DNA from: Alphaproteobacteria bacterium
Lineage (GTDB): Bacteria > Pseudomonadota > Alphaproteobacteria > Bin95
NCBI GenBank assembly: GCA_965205265.1
Contig: CBDBGH010000003.1
Coordinates: forward strand, 1,138,749 to 1,202,748
DNA: 64,000 bases
Direction of reading: 5' to 3'
Shown: piece by piece, positions 36,267-46,640 of the stretch
How positions within the stretch are numbered: position 1 is the first letter of the stretch
How the letters are laid out: each line of letters begins with the position of its first letter
Notes under the pieces: model-generated
Databases searched by the model: none
What the model saw: only the letters and a program-made list of their open reading frames with translations
Told to the model about the DNA's origin: nothing
Position numbers and translations under genes: made by a program

Positions 36267-36338
36267 GAAGCCCCGCGCGCCTTCTTCCGAAGGCCGAAAA
36301 GGGTGGAGGGGCCCGCGGGCCCCTCCGTCAGGACGCCT

Positions 36339-37436
36339 CTACTTGGCGAGCCAGGTCTGGAACTTCGCGTCGATATCGTCGCGATAGTCCGCCCAGAACT
36401 CGTAGTTGTAGAGCAGCGTGTTGCTCATGTTTTTCGGCTCGTTCGGCATGTGCGGGGCCATGTCGATGCCCAGTGTTGCATGCTTGCCGACCAGCGGCGC
36501 CGAAGATGCGCGCGCCGGACCGTAGGAGATGTATTTCGCCTGGTCCGCAAGGCGCTGGGTGTCGGTGGCGAAATTGAGGTAGTGCAGCGCGCGCTTCTTG
36601 CGCTCGTCGCTCAGGTTCGCCGGGACGATCCAGCCGTCGAGGTCGAACACCTGGCCGTCCCACAGCATGGCGACCGGCTGCTTGTCCTCCTCGATGAGCT
36701 TGAACAGGCGCCCGTTATAGGTGGAACCGATCACGACTTCGCCGTCGGCCAGAAGCTGCGGCGTATCCGCGCCGGCGGACCACCACACGACATGCTCCTT
36801 GATCGTGTCGAGCTTGGCGAACGCCTGCGCCTGGCCTTCCTCGGTCGCCAGCACGTCGTAAATGTCCTCCATGGCGACGCCGTCGCACATCAGCGCCCAT
36901 TCCATGTTGTTGATCGGGCGCTTTTCGAGGCTGCGCTTGCCCGGATAATTCTCCAGGTCGAACACGGCGCAGACGTCCTTGGGCGGCGTGTCGCCCACCA
37001 TGTCGGTGCGGTAGCCGAAGGTCGTCGAATAGACGATCTGCGGGATGAAGCAGGGCGTCACGAGGAAGTCGCCGAAGTCCTCGGACGCGGGCGTGCCGTC
37101 GGGCGCCGCCGCGAGCATCGAGTCCACATCGACCTCCATGGCGAGGCCTTCGTCGCAAAGCCGGATGGCGTCCGAAGCGACCACATCGACCACGTCCCAG
37201 GTCGTGTTGCCGGCTTCCGCCATGGCGCGAAGCTTGGCGACCGCTTCCGCCGCGCTCTCATCGTTGATGATGTTCACGCCCGGATTCATTTTCATATAGG
37301 GTTTGTGGTAGGCGTTCATCTGGGATGCCGAATAGGCACCGCCCCAGGACACGATGGTCATGTCCTCCGCCTGCGCCGCGCCGGCCAGCGCCACGGAGGC
37401 AACCGCGCCGGCTGCAAGGAATGTTCTGAGTCTCAT
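36339..37436 (-). CDS. ABC transporter periplasmic substrate-binding protein (PotD/PotF-like)
   Basis: ORF 36339..37523 trimmed to MRLRTFLAAGAVASVALAGAAQA (signal peptide). Confidence 0.85.
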   Translation of the reverse strand: MRLRTFLAAGAVASVALAGAAQAEDMTIVSWGGAYSASQMNAYHKPYMKMNPGVNIINDESAAEAVAKLRAMAEAGNTTWDVVDVVASDAIRLCDEGLAMEVDVDSMLAAAPDGTPASEDFGDFLVTPCFIPQIVYSTTFGYRTDMVGDTPPKDVCAVFDLENYPGKRSLEKRPINNMEWALMCDGVAMEDIYDVLATEEGQAQAFAKLDTIKEHVVWWSAGADTPQLLADGEVVIGSTYNGRLFKLIEEDKQPVAMLWDGQVFDLDGWIVPANLSDERKKRALHYLNFATDTQRLADQAKYISYGPARASSAPLVGKHATLGIDMAPHMPNEPKNMSNTLLYNYEFWADYRDDIDAKFQTWLAK

Positions 37437-37519
37437 GTGGCGTTCTCCCTTGTTTACCACTCTTTCCGTCCAAGCGTGGCGTAGCGGGGAGGCAACGACG
37501 CGCGCTCCCCGGTTACGGT

Positions 37520-38656
<1,137 letters not shown>

Positions 38657-38776
38657 AAACGGAGCGGCAATCGAATAGGGGGCTTGAGATTTTCAACTGC
38701 CCGGCAGGGTTTCGCCCTCTTGCGCTTGCTGCTATTCGCCTCGGGTCCGCAACCCTCAAGCGAAGGAGTTCCCGGA

Positions 38777-39016
38777 ATGGCCCAGCAACTCCTCCACCTC
38801 GTTTTCGGCGGGCGCCTTGTGCATCCCGACGGAACGGAATTCGCAGACCTCAAGGCCCTGGATATCGTCGGCATCTACCCCAACTACGCCGAGGCCGCCA
38901 AGGCGTGGCGCGGCAAGGCGCAGGGCACGGTGGACGATGCGCATATGCGCTACTACGTCGTGCATCTGCATCGCCTGCTGGACCCCGACAACCACCAGCA
39001 GGCGGAAGGACATTAG
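38777..39016 (+). CDS. DUF4170 domain-containing small protein
   Basis: ORF 38684..39016 trimmed to ATG 38777 behind GAAGGAG. The protein begins MAQQLLHLVFGGRLVHPDG...LDIVGIYPNYAEAAKAWRGKAQGTVDDAHMRYYVVHLHRLLDPD. Confidence 0.7.
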   Translation: MAQQLLHLVFGGRLVHPDGTEFADLKALDIVGIYPNYAEAAKAWRGKAQGTVDDAHMRYYVVHLHRLLDPDNHQQAEGH

Positions 39017-39019
39017 CCG

Positions 39020-40666
39020 ATGGACGGCGGCGAGGCCCTGGCGGAAACACTTGCGGCATGGAGCGTCGATACAGCCTTCGCCGTTCCGGGCGAAAGCTAT
39101 CTTCCGGTGCTTGCCGCCCTGCAACGCCGGGCCAACGCCATCCGCCTCGTCACGCCCCGGCATGAGTCCGGCGTAACCTTCGCCTGCGCCGCCTATGGCA
39201 GGATTGCCGGCAAGCCGGCGGTCGGCCTGGTCAGCCGCGGTCCCGGCTCGACCAATGCCTCCATCGGGCTGCATGTCGCGCGGCAGGACTCGGTGCCGAT
39301 GCTTCTGGTCATCGGCGATGTTCCGACGGCCTCGAAAGGCCGCGAAGCCTTCCAGGAAATCGACTACCGCAGGATGTTCTCCGGCATTGCCAAAGCAGTG
39401 CTTGAACCCGGCGCGGCGGCGGATGTGCCGGCGGAGGCGGCCCGTGCGCTCGAACTCGCCATGGCGGGGCGGCCCGGACCGGTCGTGCTCGTGATGCCGA
39501 AGGACATTTCCGATGGTGACGCCGGCTCGCCGGCAATTCCGGGGCCGGTGCGCCGCGCGCCGCTGCTCCCCGACCCCGAAGCCATTGCCGAGGCCGTGCG
39601 CCGGATCGATGCCGCCGAAAGACCTGTCGTCGTCGCAGGCGAATTGATTGCGTTCGACGGCGCGGAGGAGCCGCTTGCGCGATTCGCGGACGCGAGCGGC
39701 GCGGCCGTCACGACCGCCTATCGGTGTCAGGACGCGATATCCAACGACCACCCGGCCTATATCGGGCATCTGGAGATCAACAGGGACGACTTCCAGGAAC
39801 GGGCCTGGGAAGAGGCCGACCTCGTGATCGCCGCCGGAGCGCGGCTGGACGGCATCACGACCCGCGACTTTTCCCTGATCCGGGACGACCAGGCCCTGAT
39901 TCACATTTACCCCGACGCCGAAGTGCTGGAGCGCTGGCCTTCGGGGCTGGCGGTCAGGGCGGATGCGGGGCCGGCGCTTGAGGCGCTCGCCGCCGCGGTC
40001 TCGAACGGCAGCGCGGTCCGCAACGACTGGCGCGGGGGGTTGAACGCGGCGTATCGGCGCTTCTCCGACCCGGGCGGCGTTCCCGTCAACGGGCTCCTGG
40101 ACCTTGCGGAGGTAACGGCGGAGGCGCGCCGGCAATTGCCGCCCGATGCGGTTGTCATCACCGACAGCGGCACCTTTGCGCGCTGGGTGCACCGCTATTT
40201 CCGGTTCGGCGGCCGGCGCACCCAGGCAGGGCCGATGGCAGGCGCGATGGGCTACGGTGTCCCGGGCGGCATCGGCGCGGCGCTTGCGCGGCCCCGGTCG
40301 CCGGTCGTGGTCTTTGTCGGCGACGGCGGGTTCCTGATGACGGGACAGGAAGCCGTGACCCTGGTGCAGGAGCGCCTGCCGGTGAAGATCGTCGTCTGCG
40401 ACAACAATGCCTGGGGCTCGATCCTCACGTCGCAGCAGGCGCGCTACGGCGAGGACGGCATTTTCGGCACAAGGCTGGAAAGCCCGGATTTCGAGGCCGT
40501 CGGCCGCGCCTACGGCCTCCATGTGAGCCGCGTGCGGGAGACCGGAGAGTTCGCCGGCGCCCTTGCCGCCGCGCTTGCGCATCCGGGGCCGGCTTTGATC
40601 CACCTGGAGCTCGATGAGCGCGACATTTCCCCCTTCACCGGCCAGTCGCAGTCCTACCGGGTCTGA
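39020..40666 (+). CDS. thiamine diphosphate-dependent enzyme, acetolactate synthase large-subunit-like
   Basis: The 548-aa protein contains FAVPGESYLPVL, GPGSTNA and VFVGDGGFLMTGQE...CDNNAWG (TPP-binding GDG..N motif). Confidence 0.85.
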   Translation: MDGGEALAETLAAWSVDTAFAVPGESYLPVLAALQRRANAIRLVTPRHESGVTFACAAYGRIAGKPAVGLVSRGPGSTNASIGLHVARQDSVPMLLVIGDVPTASKGREAFQEIDYRRMFSGIAKAVLEPGAAADVPAEAARALELAMAGRPGPVVLVMPKDISDGDAGSPAIPGPVRRAPLLPDPEAIAEAVRRIDAAERPVVVAGELIAFDGAEEPLARFADASGAAVTTAYRCQDAISNDHPAYIGHLEINRDDFQERAWEEADLVIAAGARLDGITTRDFSLIRDDQALIHIYPDAEVLERWPSGLAVRADAGPALEALAAAVSNGSAVRNDWRGGLNAAYRRFSDPGGVPVNGLLDLAEVTAEARRQLPPDAVVITDSGTFARWVHRYFRFGGRRTQAGPMAGAMGYGVPGGIGAALARPRSPVVVFVGDGGFLMTGQEAVTLVQERLPVKIVVCDNNAWGSILTSQQARYGEDGIFGTRLESPDFEAVGRAYGLHVSRVRETGEFAGALAAALAHPGPALIHLELDERDISPFTGQSQSYRV

Positions 40667-40701
40667 GAGACCGTTTGAGAATAGCGGCTGCGCCTCTGTT
40701 A

Positions 40702-40801
40702 CGTCGCCCCGGCCCCCGAGCCGGGGTCTCCGGAAGCGTAGGCAAAGCCTTCGACATCCCACCAGGCGACACGAGGCCCCGGCTCGGGGGCCGGGGCGAC
40801 G
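40702..40801. repeat. 100-bp inverted-repeat element (second MITE-like family)
   Basis: CGTCGCCCCGGCCCCCGAGCCGGGGTCTC (40702-40730) and GAGGCCCCGGCTCGGGGGCCGGGGCGACG (40773-40801) are 29-nt arms matching at 28 of 29 positions as reverse complements. Each arm is also internally palindromic (CCCCGGC...GCCGGGG). Confidence 0.85.
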
Positions 40802-40952
40802 ATGTTTTTGCGCCTTCGGCTCGGTCGCCGCTCGCCCGAATAACGCGAGGCGCCCAACCGCATGCCTTCGCGAAAGCGGGGGGCGCCCCCGGCCCTCTTT
40901 CCGTCATGCCCGGTCGGGGCGATGTCCGCGTCCGGCAGGGGCATGGGCGTCT

Positions 40953-41375
40953 CTACCGTCCGGTTCGTTGCTTGCGGCGGCGGTAGCGCTCCAGACGGTG
41001 GCGCTTTAGGAAGCGCTGCACCGCGGTCGCGCCGAAGGACAGCCCCTCGGCGGCGAGCGCGGCGCGCAGCCCCCGGACGGACAGCCCCGGCTGCGCCTCA
41101 AGCATGCGGAAAATCCGCTCGCGCTCCGGCTCGATCCGCGAGGGCGTGGCGCCGCCCTGCCTGTCGGGCCGCACATGGCCGCGCTGGCGAAAGCGCTGCA
41201 ACCAGCGGCGGACCGTGCGCTCCCCCAGCCCGAAATGCCGGGCTGCGGCGGCGGCGCTCATGCCGCCCTCCAGCACGGCCGCCACCGCCCGGCCCCGCAG
41301 GTCCTCGCTGACGGGGCGGCCGCGCCTTTGCCGTCCCAGCGCGCCCGCCTGCCCGTTCGCCGTTTCCGCCGTCAT
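40953..41375 (-). pseudogene. IS630-family transposase, N-terminal HTH fragment only (truncated)
   Basis: ORF 40953..41483 trimmed to MTAETANGQAGALGRQRRGRPVSEDLRGRAVAAVLEGGMSAAAAARHFGLGERTVRRWLQRFRQRGHV...LSVRGLRAALAAEGLSFGATAVQRFLKRH. This is the paired HTH region of IS630/Tc1-type transposases. No DDE domain follows, and the frame runs into repeat sequence. Confidence 0.7.
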
Positions 41376-41896
41376 CGCGTCTCCTCCCGCCGCGCCGACG
41401 CGGCTCTCGCAAAACCGCCGCGCCGCCGCAGCTCGAAAAACCGGCCAACCTCCGCGGAACGATCCGAACCGCCCTGCCGGCAACCTGCCGGCGCCCGCCG
41501 CAAAACCTAAATGCCGCGATATGCCGCGGGCGCGCGCTTACAGGCTGGCGCTCCCGGCAACGGGCGCGCCATTCCAGCTCCGGGTCGAGTGCGGAAACAG
41601 GGCGCTCAGACGGCCCATCCGCCGGACGGTCAGGTCATGGCCTCGCTCGTTTCCTCAAGGATTCGGAACTTATATAGGATATATAGCAGAAAAAACAAGA
41701 ACAAAATGACCATATTCTGTCGATTGCGGCTGCGTCCGCAGAGGCGGAGGCCTGCAACGCCCGGCCGGGGCCGGCGGATGCGCGAATCCGGCGGGCCGGA
41801 GGGATGCGGAGCCATGCAGCAACGCGGCTTGAAGCCGGACTCCTGCTATCCTAGCGTCCTGCGGCGCAGGTCCGAGGCCCGAGGGGGGAAGCCGGC

Positions 41897-44017
41897 ATGA
41901 GCATCCGCATCGACACGCTCGACGCGTTCTTCAATCCGAAGTCGGTGGCCATCGTCGGCGCCTCGTCGAACTTCGCCAAGATCGGCGGCCGGCCCGTCCA
42001 CAACATGAAAATCTCCGGTTATGGCGGCAGGGTCTATCCGGTCAATCCGGGCGCTTCCGAGATCCAGGGCCTGCCGGCTTTCCCCGCTGTCGGCGACATT
42101 CCGGGGCCGGTGGACATGGCGGTGATCGTCGTGCCGATGTCCTTCGTGGAACCGGCGGTGACGGCCTGCATCGACAAGGGCGTGAAGGCCGCTATCGTCC
42201 TGTCTTCCGGTTTCGCCGAGATTTCGGAGGAGGGCGCAAAGGCGCAGCGCCGCCTGGCCGATCTCGGCGCCGAGGGCGGGCTGCGCATCATGGGGCCCAA
42301 TTGCATGGGCGTGATGAATACCGGCACCGGCATGATCGCCACATTCATCTCGGCCATCGGCGATACGGGGCCGGAGAGGGGCACGATTTCCGTCGCGGCG
42401 CAATCGGGCGCCTTCGGCGGCCATTGCTTCACGCTCGCCCGCGAACGGGGCCTCGGCCTCAACCTCTGGGCCACGATGGGCAACCAGTGCGATGTCGAGT
42501 TCTCGGACTGCCTGGCCTACATGGCGCAGGACCCCGGCACCAGCGTCGTACTCGGCTACATGGAAGGCGTGCAGGACGCGGACAAGCTGGTCGAGGCGCT
42601 CGAAATCGCCCGCGCCGCCGAAAAACCGGTGGTGCTGATGAAGGTCGGGCGCTCCGAGGTCGGCACTGCCGCCGCGGCTTCCCACACGGCATCGCTCACG
42701 GGTTCCGACGCCGTTTTCGATGCGCTTCTGCGCCAGTACAACGTCTTTCGACCCCACAGCATCGACGAGATGTTCGATGTCGGCTACGCCTTCGCCGGCG
42801 GCCAGCTGCCGAAGAGCGCCAGGACGGGCATCATCACGGTTTCCGGCGGGGTCGGCGTCATCATGGCGGATGCGGCGGAGGACGCCGGCCTCGAGTTGCC
42901 GCCGCTGCCGGAGGCGACCCAGGAGCGGATGAAGGCGCTCGTGCCCTTTGCCGGCACCCGCAACCCGCTGGATGTGACCGCGCAGTTCATCAACGATGCA
43001 ACGCTGATGGAGACCATGTACGGCGCCCTGCTGGAAGAGGGCGGTTATGCAAGCGCGGTCTGCTTTCTGGCGGGCGTCGGCCTGAATCCGCTGATGATGA
43101 AGGATCTGGAGCCGAGCCTGGAGGCGGTGCGGCAGCGTTTTCCTGACCAGTTGCACATGCTCGCCATCCTGACCACGCCCGAGCGCCGCGCGCGGATCCA
43201 GGCGATGGGCTATCTCTGCTACGAGGACCCGAGCCGGGCGATCCACGCGCTCGGGGTTCTGGCGCGGTATTCCGCGGCGTTGAAGCGGGGGCCGTCCGCG
43301 CCGCCTCCCGACCTGCCGTCCGGTGCGCCGAAGCTCACGGCCGGCACGGCCGTCAACGAGGTGGAAGGCAAGCGCATTCTGGCGGCTGCCGGCGTGCCGG
43401 CTGTCCCGGAACGGCTTGCAGCGTCTGCCGGCGACGCGGCCGAGGCGGCGGAGGCAGCCGGGTTCCCGGTCGTCATGAAGATCGTCTCGCCGGACATTCT
43501 CCACAAGTCCGAGATCGGCGGCGTCATTCTCAATGTCGCGACGCGGGAAGCCGCCGAAACGGCTTACCGCGACCTGCTTGCGCGGGCCGAAGCGCATGCG
43601 CCGGATGCGCGGATCGACGGCGTGCTGGTCGCGCCCATGGTGTCCGGCGGCGTCGAGACCATTCTGGGCGTTGTCCGCGATCCGGTATTCGGCCCCGTGG
43701 TCATGTTCGGGCTCGGCGGCGTTTTCGTGGAGGTGCTGAAGGACGTGACCTTCCGCATCGCGCCGTTCGGCGTCGACGAGGCGCGCCGGATGATCCGCGA
43801 GGTGCGCGGTTATCCGATGCTGGAGGGCGTTCGCGGCGCGCCGCCGGCGGACGAGGAAGCGCTGGCCGACGCGCTGGCCAGGCTTTCGGCGTTTGCGGCC
43901 GCCAATGCCGATGTGCTGGAAACGATCGACGTCAATCCGTTCATCGTGCTGCCGAAAGGGGAGGGCGCGGTCGCCGTGGACGCGCTGATCGCCGTGCGGG
44001 AGAGCGCCGACGCATGA
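41897..44017 (+). CDS. ADP-forming acyl-CoA synthetase (acetate--CoA ligase family; CoA-binding + ATP-grasp)
   Basis: The 706-aa protein begins MSIRIDTLDAFFNPKSVAIVGASSNFAKIGGRPVHNM... It contains NCMGVMN and a C-terminal ATP-grasp (FPVVMKIVSPDILHKSEIGGV). Confidence 0.88.
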   Translation: MSIRIDTLDAFFNPKSVAIVGASSNFAKIGGRPVHNMKISGYGGRVYPVNPGASEIQGLPAFPAVGDIPGPVDMAVIVVPMSFVEPAVTACIDKGVKAAIVLSSGFAEISEEGAKAQRRLADLGAEGGLRIMGPNCMGVMNTGTGMIATFISAIGDTGPERGTISVAAQSGAFGGHCFTLARERGLGLNLWATMGNQCDVEFSDCLAYMAQDPGTSVVLGYMEGVQDADKLVEALEIARAAEKPVVLMKVGRSEVGTAAAASHTASLTGSDAVFDALLRQYNVFRPHSIDEMFDVGYAFAGGQLPKSARTGIITVSGGVGVIMADAAEDAGLELPPLPEATQERMKALVPFAGTRNPLDVTAQFINDATLMETMYGALLEEGGYASAVCFLAGVGLNPLMMKDLEPSLEAVRQRFPDQLHMLAILTTPERRARIQAMGYLCYEDPSRAIHALGVLARYSAALKRGPSAPPPDLPSGAPKLTAGTAVNEVEGKRILAAAGVPAVPERLAASAGDAAEAAEAAGFPVVMKIVSPDILHKSEIGGVILNVATREAAETAYRDLLARAEAHAPDARIDGVLVAPMVSGGVETILGVVRDPVFGPVVMFGLGGVFVEVLKDVTFRIAPFGVDEARRMIREVRGYPMLEGVRGAPPADEEALADALARLSAFAAANADVLETIDVNPFIVLPKGEGAVAVDALIAVRESADA

Positions 44018-45192
44018 GCCGCAGCCCGGTCATCGTCGGCGTGGCCGACGCGCCGACCCACGAGCGCGGCCGCGCGCTGCCGGGCTCGACCGTGCTCTCC
44101 ATACAGCGCGATGCGGCGGGTGAGGCGCTTGCCCAGGCGGGGCTGACCATGAGCGATGTCGATGGCCTCGCGGTCGCCGGCATGTGGGGCATGCCGGGGC
44201 CGGGCGCCATGCAGCCCGTGCTGCTGACGGAGTATCTCGGCCTCGAATGGCCGTGCTATCTCGACGGCACCAATGTCGGCGGCGCGGCCTTCGTGCTGCA
44301 TGCAGGCCGGGCGGCCGAGGCAATCCGTTCGGGGCAGGCGGACGTGGTCCTGATCGTCTATGGCTCGCTCCAGAAGAGCCAGGCGGCGCGGGCGCTGGGC
44401 GGGCGCCCGGCGATGTTCTCCAACCAGTGGGACATTCCGGCCGGTCTGCCCCTTCCGGTCGGCGCCTATGCAATGGCGGCGCAGCGCCATGCCCATGTCT
44501 ACGGATCGACCCGCGAGACGCTTGCTGAAATCGCTGTGGCGACCCGCGCCTGGGCCGCGCTCAATCCCGCGGCTGCGTTCCGCGAGCCGATGACGGTGGA
44601 CGACGTGCTGGGCGCGCGGACGATCGCCTCGCCGCTCGGGCGCTACGACTGCTGCCTCGTCACCGACGGCGGCGGCGCGGTGGTGATGACCACGGAGGAG
44701 CGCGCGCGCGACCTGCGCACGCCGCCGGTCCATGTGCTGGGGCACGGCGCCTCCGCCTCGCATGCGAGCATCGCGCATATGCCGGACATGGCGAAGCTCG
44801 AAGTGGCCGAGCGGTCTTCGCGCGCGGCTTATGCCATGGCGGGGCGCGGCCCTGCCGAAATCGACCTCGCCATGCTGTATGACAGCTTCACCATCACGGT
44901 GCTGATGACGCTGGAGGCGCTCGGGCTCTGCGGCTACGGCGAGGGAAAGGAGTTCGTCAGGGGCGGGCGGACCGGTCCCGGCGGCGCCTTTCCGGTCAAC
45001 ACCAATGGCGGCGGGCTCTCCTATTGCCATCCGGGCATGTACGGGCTGTTCACCATCATCGAGGCATGCCGCCAGCTCTGGGGCATTGCCGGCGAGAGGC
45101 AGGCGGAGGGCGTGCGCACGGCGGTATGCCACGGCACGGGCGGCGTGCTCTCCTCCGGCGCGACGCTCATCCTCTCGACGGAAAACGGCTAA
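44014..45192 (+). CDS. thiolase-like protein (second copy, DUF35-associated type)
   Basis: The 392-aa protein contains VIVGVADAPTHERG..., NTNGGGLSYCHPGMYG and HGTGGVLS. There is an ATGA overlap with the upstream synthetase. Confidence 0.85.
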   Translation: MSRSPVIVGVADAPTHERGRALPGSTVLSIQRDAAGEALAQAGLTMSDVDGLAVAGMWGMPGPGAMQPVLLTEYLGLEWPCYLDGTNVGGAAFVLHAGRAAEAIRSGQADVVLIVYGSLQKSQAARALGGRPAMFSNQWDIPAGLPLPVGAYAMAAQRHAHVYGSTRETLAEIAVATRAWAALNPAAAFREPMTVDDVLGARTIASPLGRYDCCLVTDGGGAVVMTTEERARDLRTPPVHVLGHGASASHASIAHMPDMAKLEVAERSSRAAYAMAGRGPAEIDLAMLYDSFTITVLMTLEALGLCGYGEGKEFVRGGRTGPGGAFPVNTNGGGLSYCHPGMYGLFTIIEACRQLWGIAGERQAEGVRTAVCHGTGGVLSSGATLILSTENG

Positions 45193-45202
45193 AATCGGCG
45201 CC

Positions 45203-45610
45203 ATGACCTACGACAAGCCGGTGCCCGCCATCGACGCCGAATCGGAGCCCTACTGGACCGGCGCGCGGGAAGGCCGCCTGATGATCCAGCGCTGCGGCAG
45301 GACCGGGCGCTGCTTCCTCTATTCCCGCCGCCTTGCGCCGGGCGCCAGCGATGACGATATCCGGTGGATCGAGGCGAAGGGAACCGGGACGGTCTATTCC
45401 TTCACCGTCTGCCATGCGCCGGCCGGGCCGGCCTTCCGGGACGAGACGCCCTATGTCGTCGCCTGCGTCGAGCTCGACGAAGGGGCGCGCATCGTGAGCA
45501 ATCTCGCAACCGGGGACATCGACGCGGTCCGTATCGGCCAGAGGGTCGAGGTGTTCTTCGACAGGGTCTCCGAAGACCTGACGGTCCCGAAGTTCCGCCC
45601 GGCGGGCTGA
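45203..45610 (+). CDS. Zn-ribbon/OB-fold DUF35 protein (second copy)
   Basis: ORF 45005..45610 trimmed to MTYDKPVPAIDAESEPYWTGAREGRLMIQRCGRTGRCFLYSR...GTGTVYSFTV...IVSNL...GQRVEVFF. Confidence 0.8.
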   Translation: MTYDKPVPAIDAESEPYWTGAREGRLMIQRCGRTGRCFLYSRRLAPGASDDDIRWIEAKGTGTVYSFTVCHAPAGPAFRDETPYVVACVELDEGARIVSNLATGDIDAVRIGQRVEVFFDRVSEDLTVPKFRPAG

Positions 45611-45617
45611 GGCGCCC

Positions 45618-46559
45618 GTGCAGAAGCGCTTCTGGCATTATGTAGGGGTTGTTGCCGCGATTGCCGTGTTCGCCGCCGCCGTCTGGGCGCTGACCTGGCA
45701 ATTGCGCGACCTTCGCTGGGACGACCTCTTCCGTCAGCTCGAAGCGATTCCGCTCCACCGCATCCTGGCCGCGGTGGCCGCGACCTTCGCGGCCTATCTG
45801 GTGCTGGCGGCCTACGACCACACCGCCTTTCGCTATATCGGCCGGCGCATGGCGTTCGGCCGGGTCGCGTTCGTCTCCTCCATTTCCTATGCGTTCAGCC
45901 ACAATCTGGGCTTCGGGGCGCTGACCGGCGGTGCCGTCCGGTTCCGGTTCTACACGGACTGGGGCGTTCCGCCCGGCGACATCGCCCGCGTCGTCCTCTA
46001 TGCCGGCATCGTCTATTACCTCTGTGCGCTCTCCGTGGGCGGGCTGCTGACATTCCCCAATGCGGCCGCGCTCGCGGACGTGCTGGAGCTGGAGCCGGCC
46101 CTGGTTCGCACGATCGCGGCCGTGTGGGTGCTGTGCGGCGCGCTCTATGTCGTGTGGTGCCTTTGCGGCAGGCCGGTCGTGCGCGTCGGCGAGCGCGAGG
46201 TGACGCCGCCGAAGATCCGCCATGGCCTCATCCAGTTCTGCGTCGGCATCCTCGAATGGGTGTTCACCAGCGCCGTGCTCTACCTGGTGCTGCCGCCGGA
46301 TTTCGGCATGCCCTACTGGCATTTCGTCGCCGTCTATGTGCTGGCTTACATGGCCGGCTATATCAGCCATGTGCCGGGCGGCCTCGGCGTGTTCGAGACC
46401 GTGCTGCTGGTGCTGATGCCGGAGACCGTGCCGACCCATGTCGTGGCCGCGGGCATCATCACCTACCGCGTCATCTACTTCCTCATGCCGCTCGCGCTGG
46501 CGCTGGCCCTCTTCGGCGCCTACGAAGCCGCCAAAGGCCGCTTCTCGCGCGGGGGGTAG
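45618..46559 (+). CDS. UPF0104/YbhN-type integral membrane protein (MprF flippase-domain-like)
   Basis: The 313-aa polytopic protein has a GTG start. It contains ...AYMAGYISHVPGGLGVFETVLL... No C-terminal lysyl-transferase domain is present. Confidence 0.65.
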   Translation: MQKRFWHYVGVVAAIAVFAAAVWALTWQLRDLRWDDLFRQLEAIPLHRILAAVAATFAAYLVLAAYDHTAFRYIGRRMAFGRVAFVSSISYAFSHNLGFGALTGGAVRFRFYTDWGVPPGDIARVVLYAGIVYYLCALSVGGLLTFPNAAALADVLELEPALVRTIAAVWVLCGALYVVWCLCGRPVVRVGEREVTPPKIRHGLIQFCVGILEWVFTSAVLYLVLPPDFGMPYWHFVAVYVLAYMAGYISHVPGGLGVFETVLLVLMPETVPTHVVAAGIITYRVIYFLMPLALALALFGAYEAAKGRFSRGG

Positions 46560-46640
46560 GGGGCGTGCCCGCCGCCTTGCAATCCGGGGCGGGGGGCCAT
46601 AGCGTTCGGAGGAGTTTGACGCGACCCGGGACGCTGCCTC

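Noticed and set aside
34968-37484. 838-aa ORF on the plus strand
   Set aside because: It is antisense to the ABC permease and binding-protein genes, which have clear EAA loops and a signal peptide. It is a shadow ORF.
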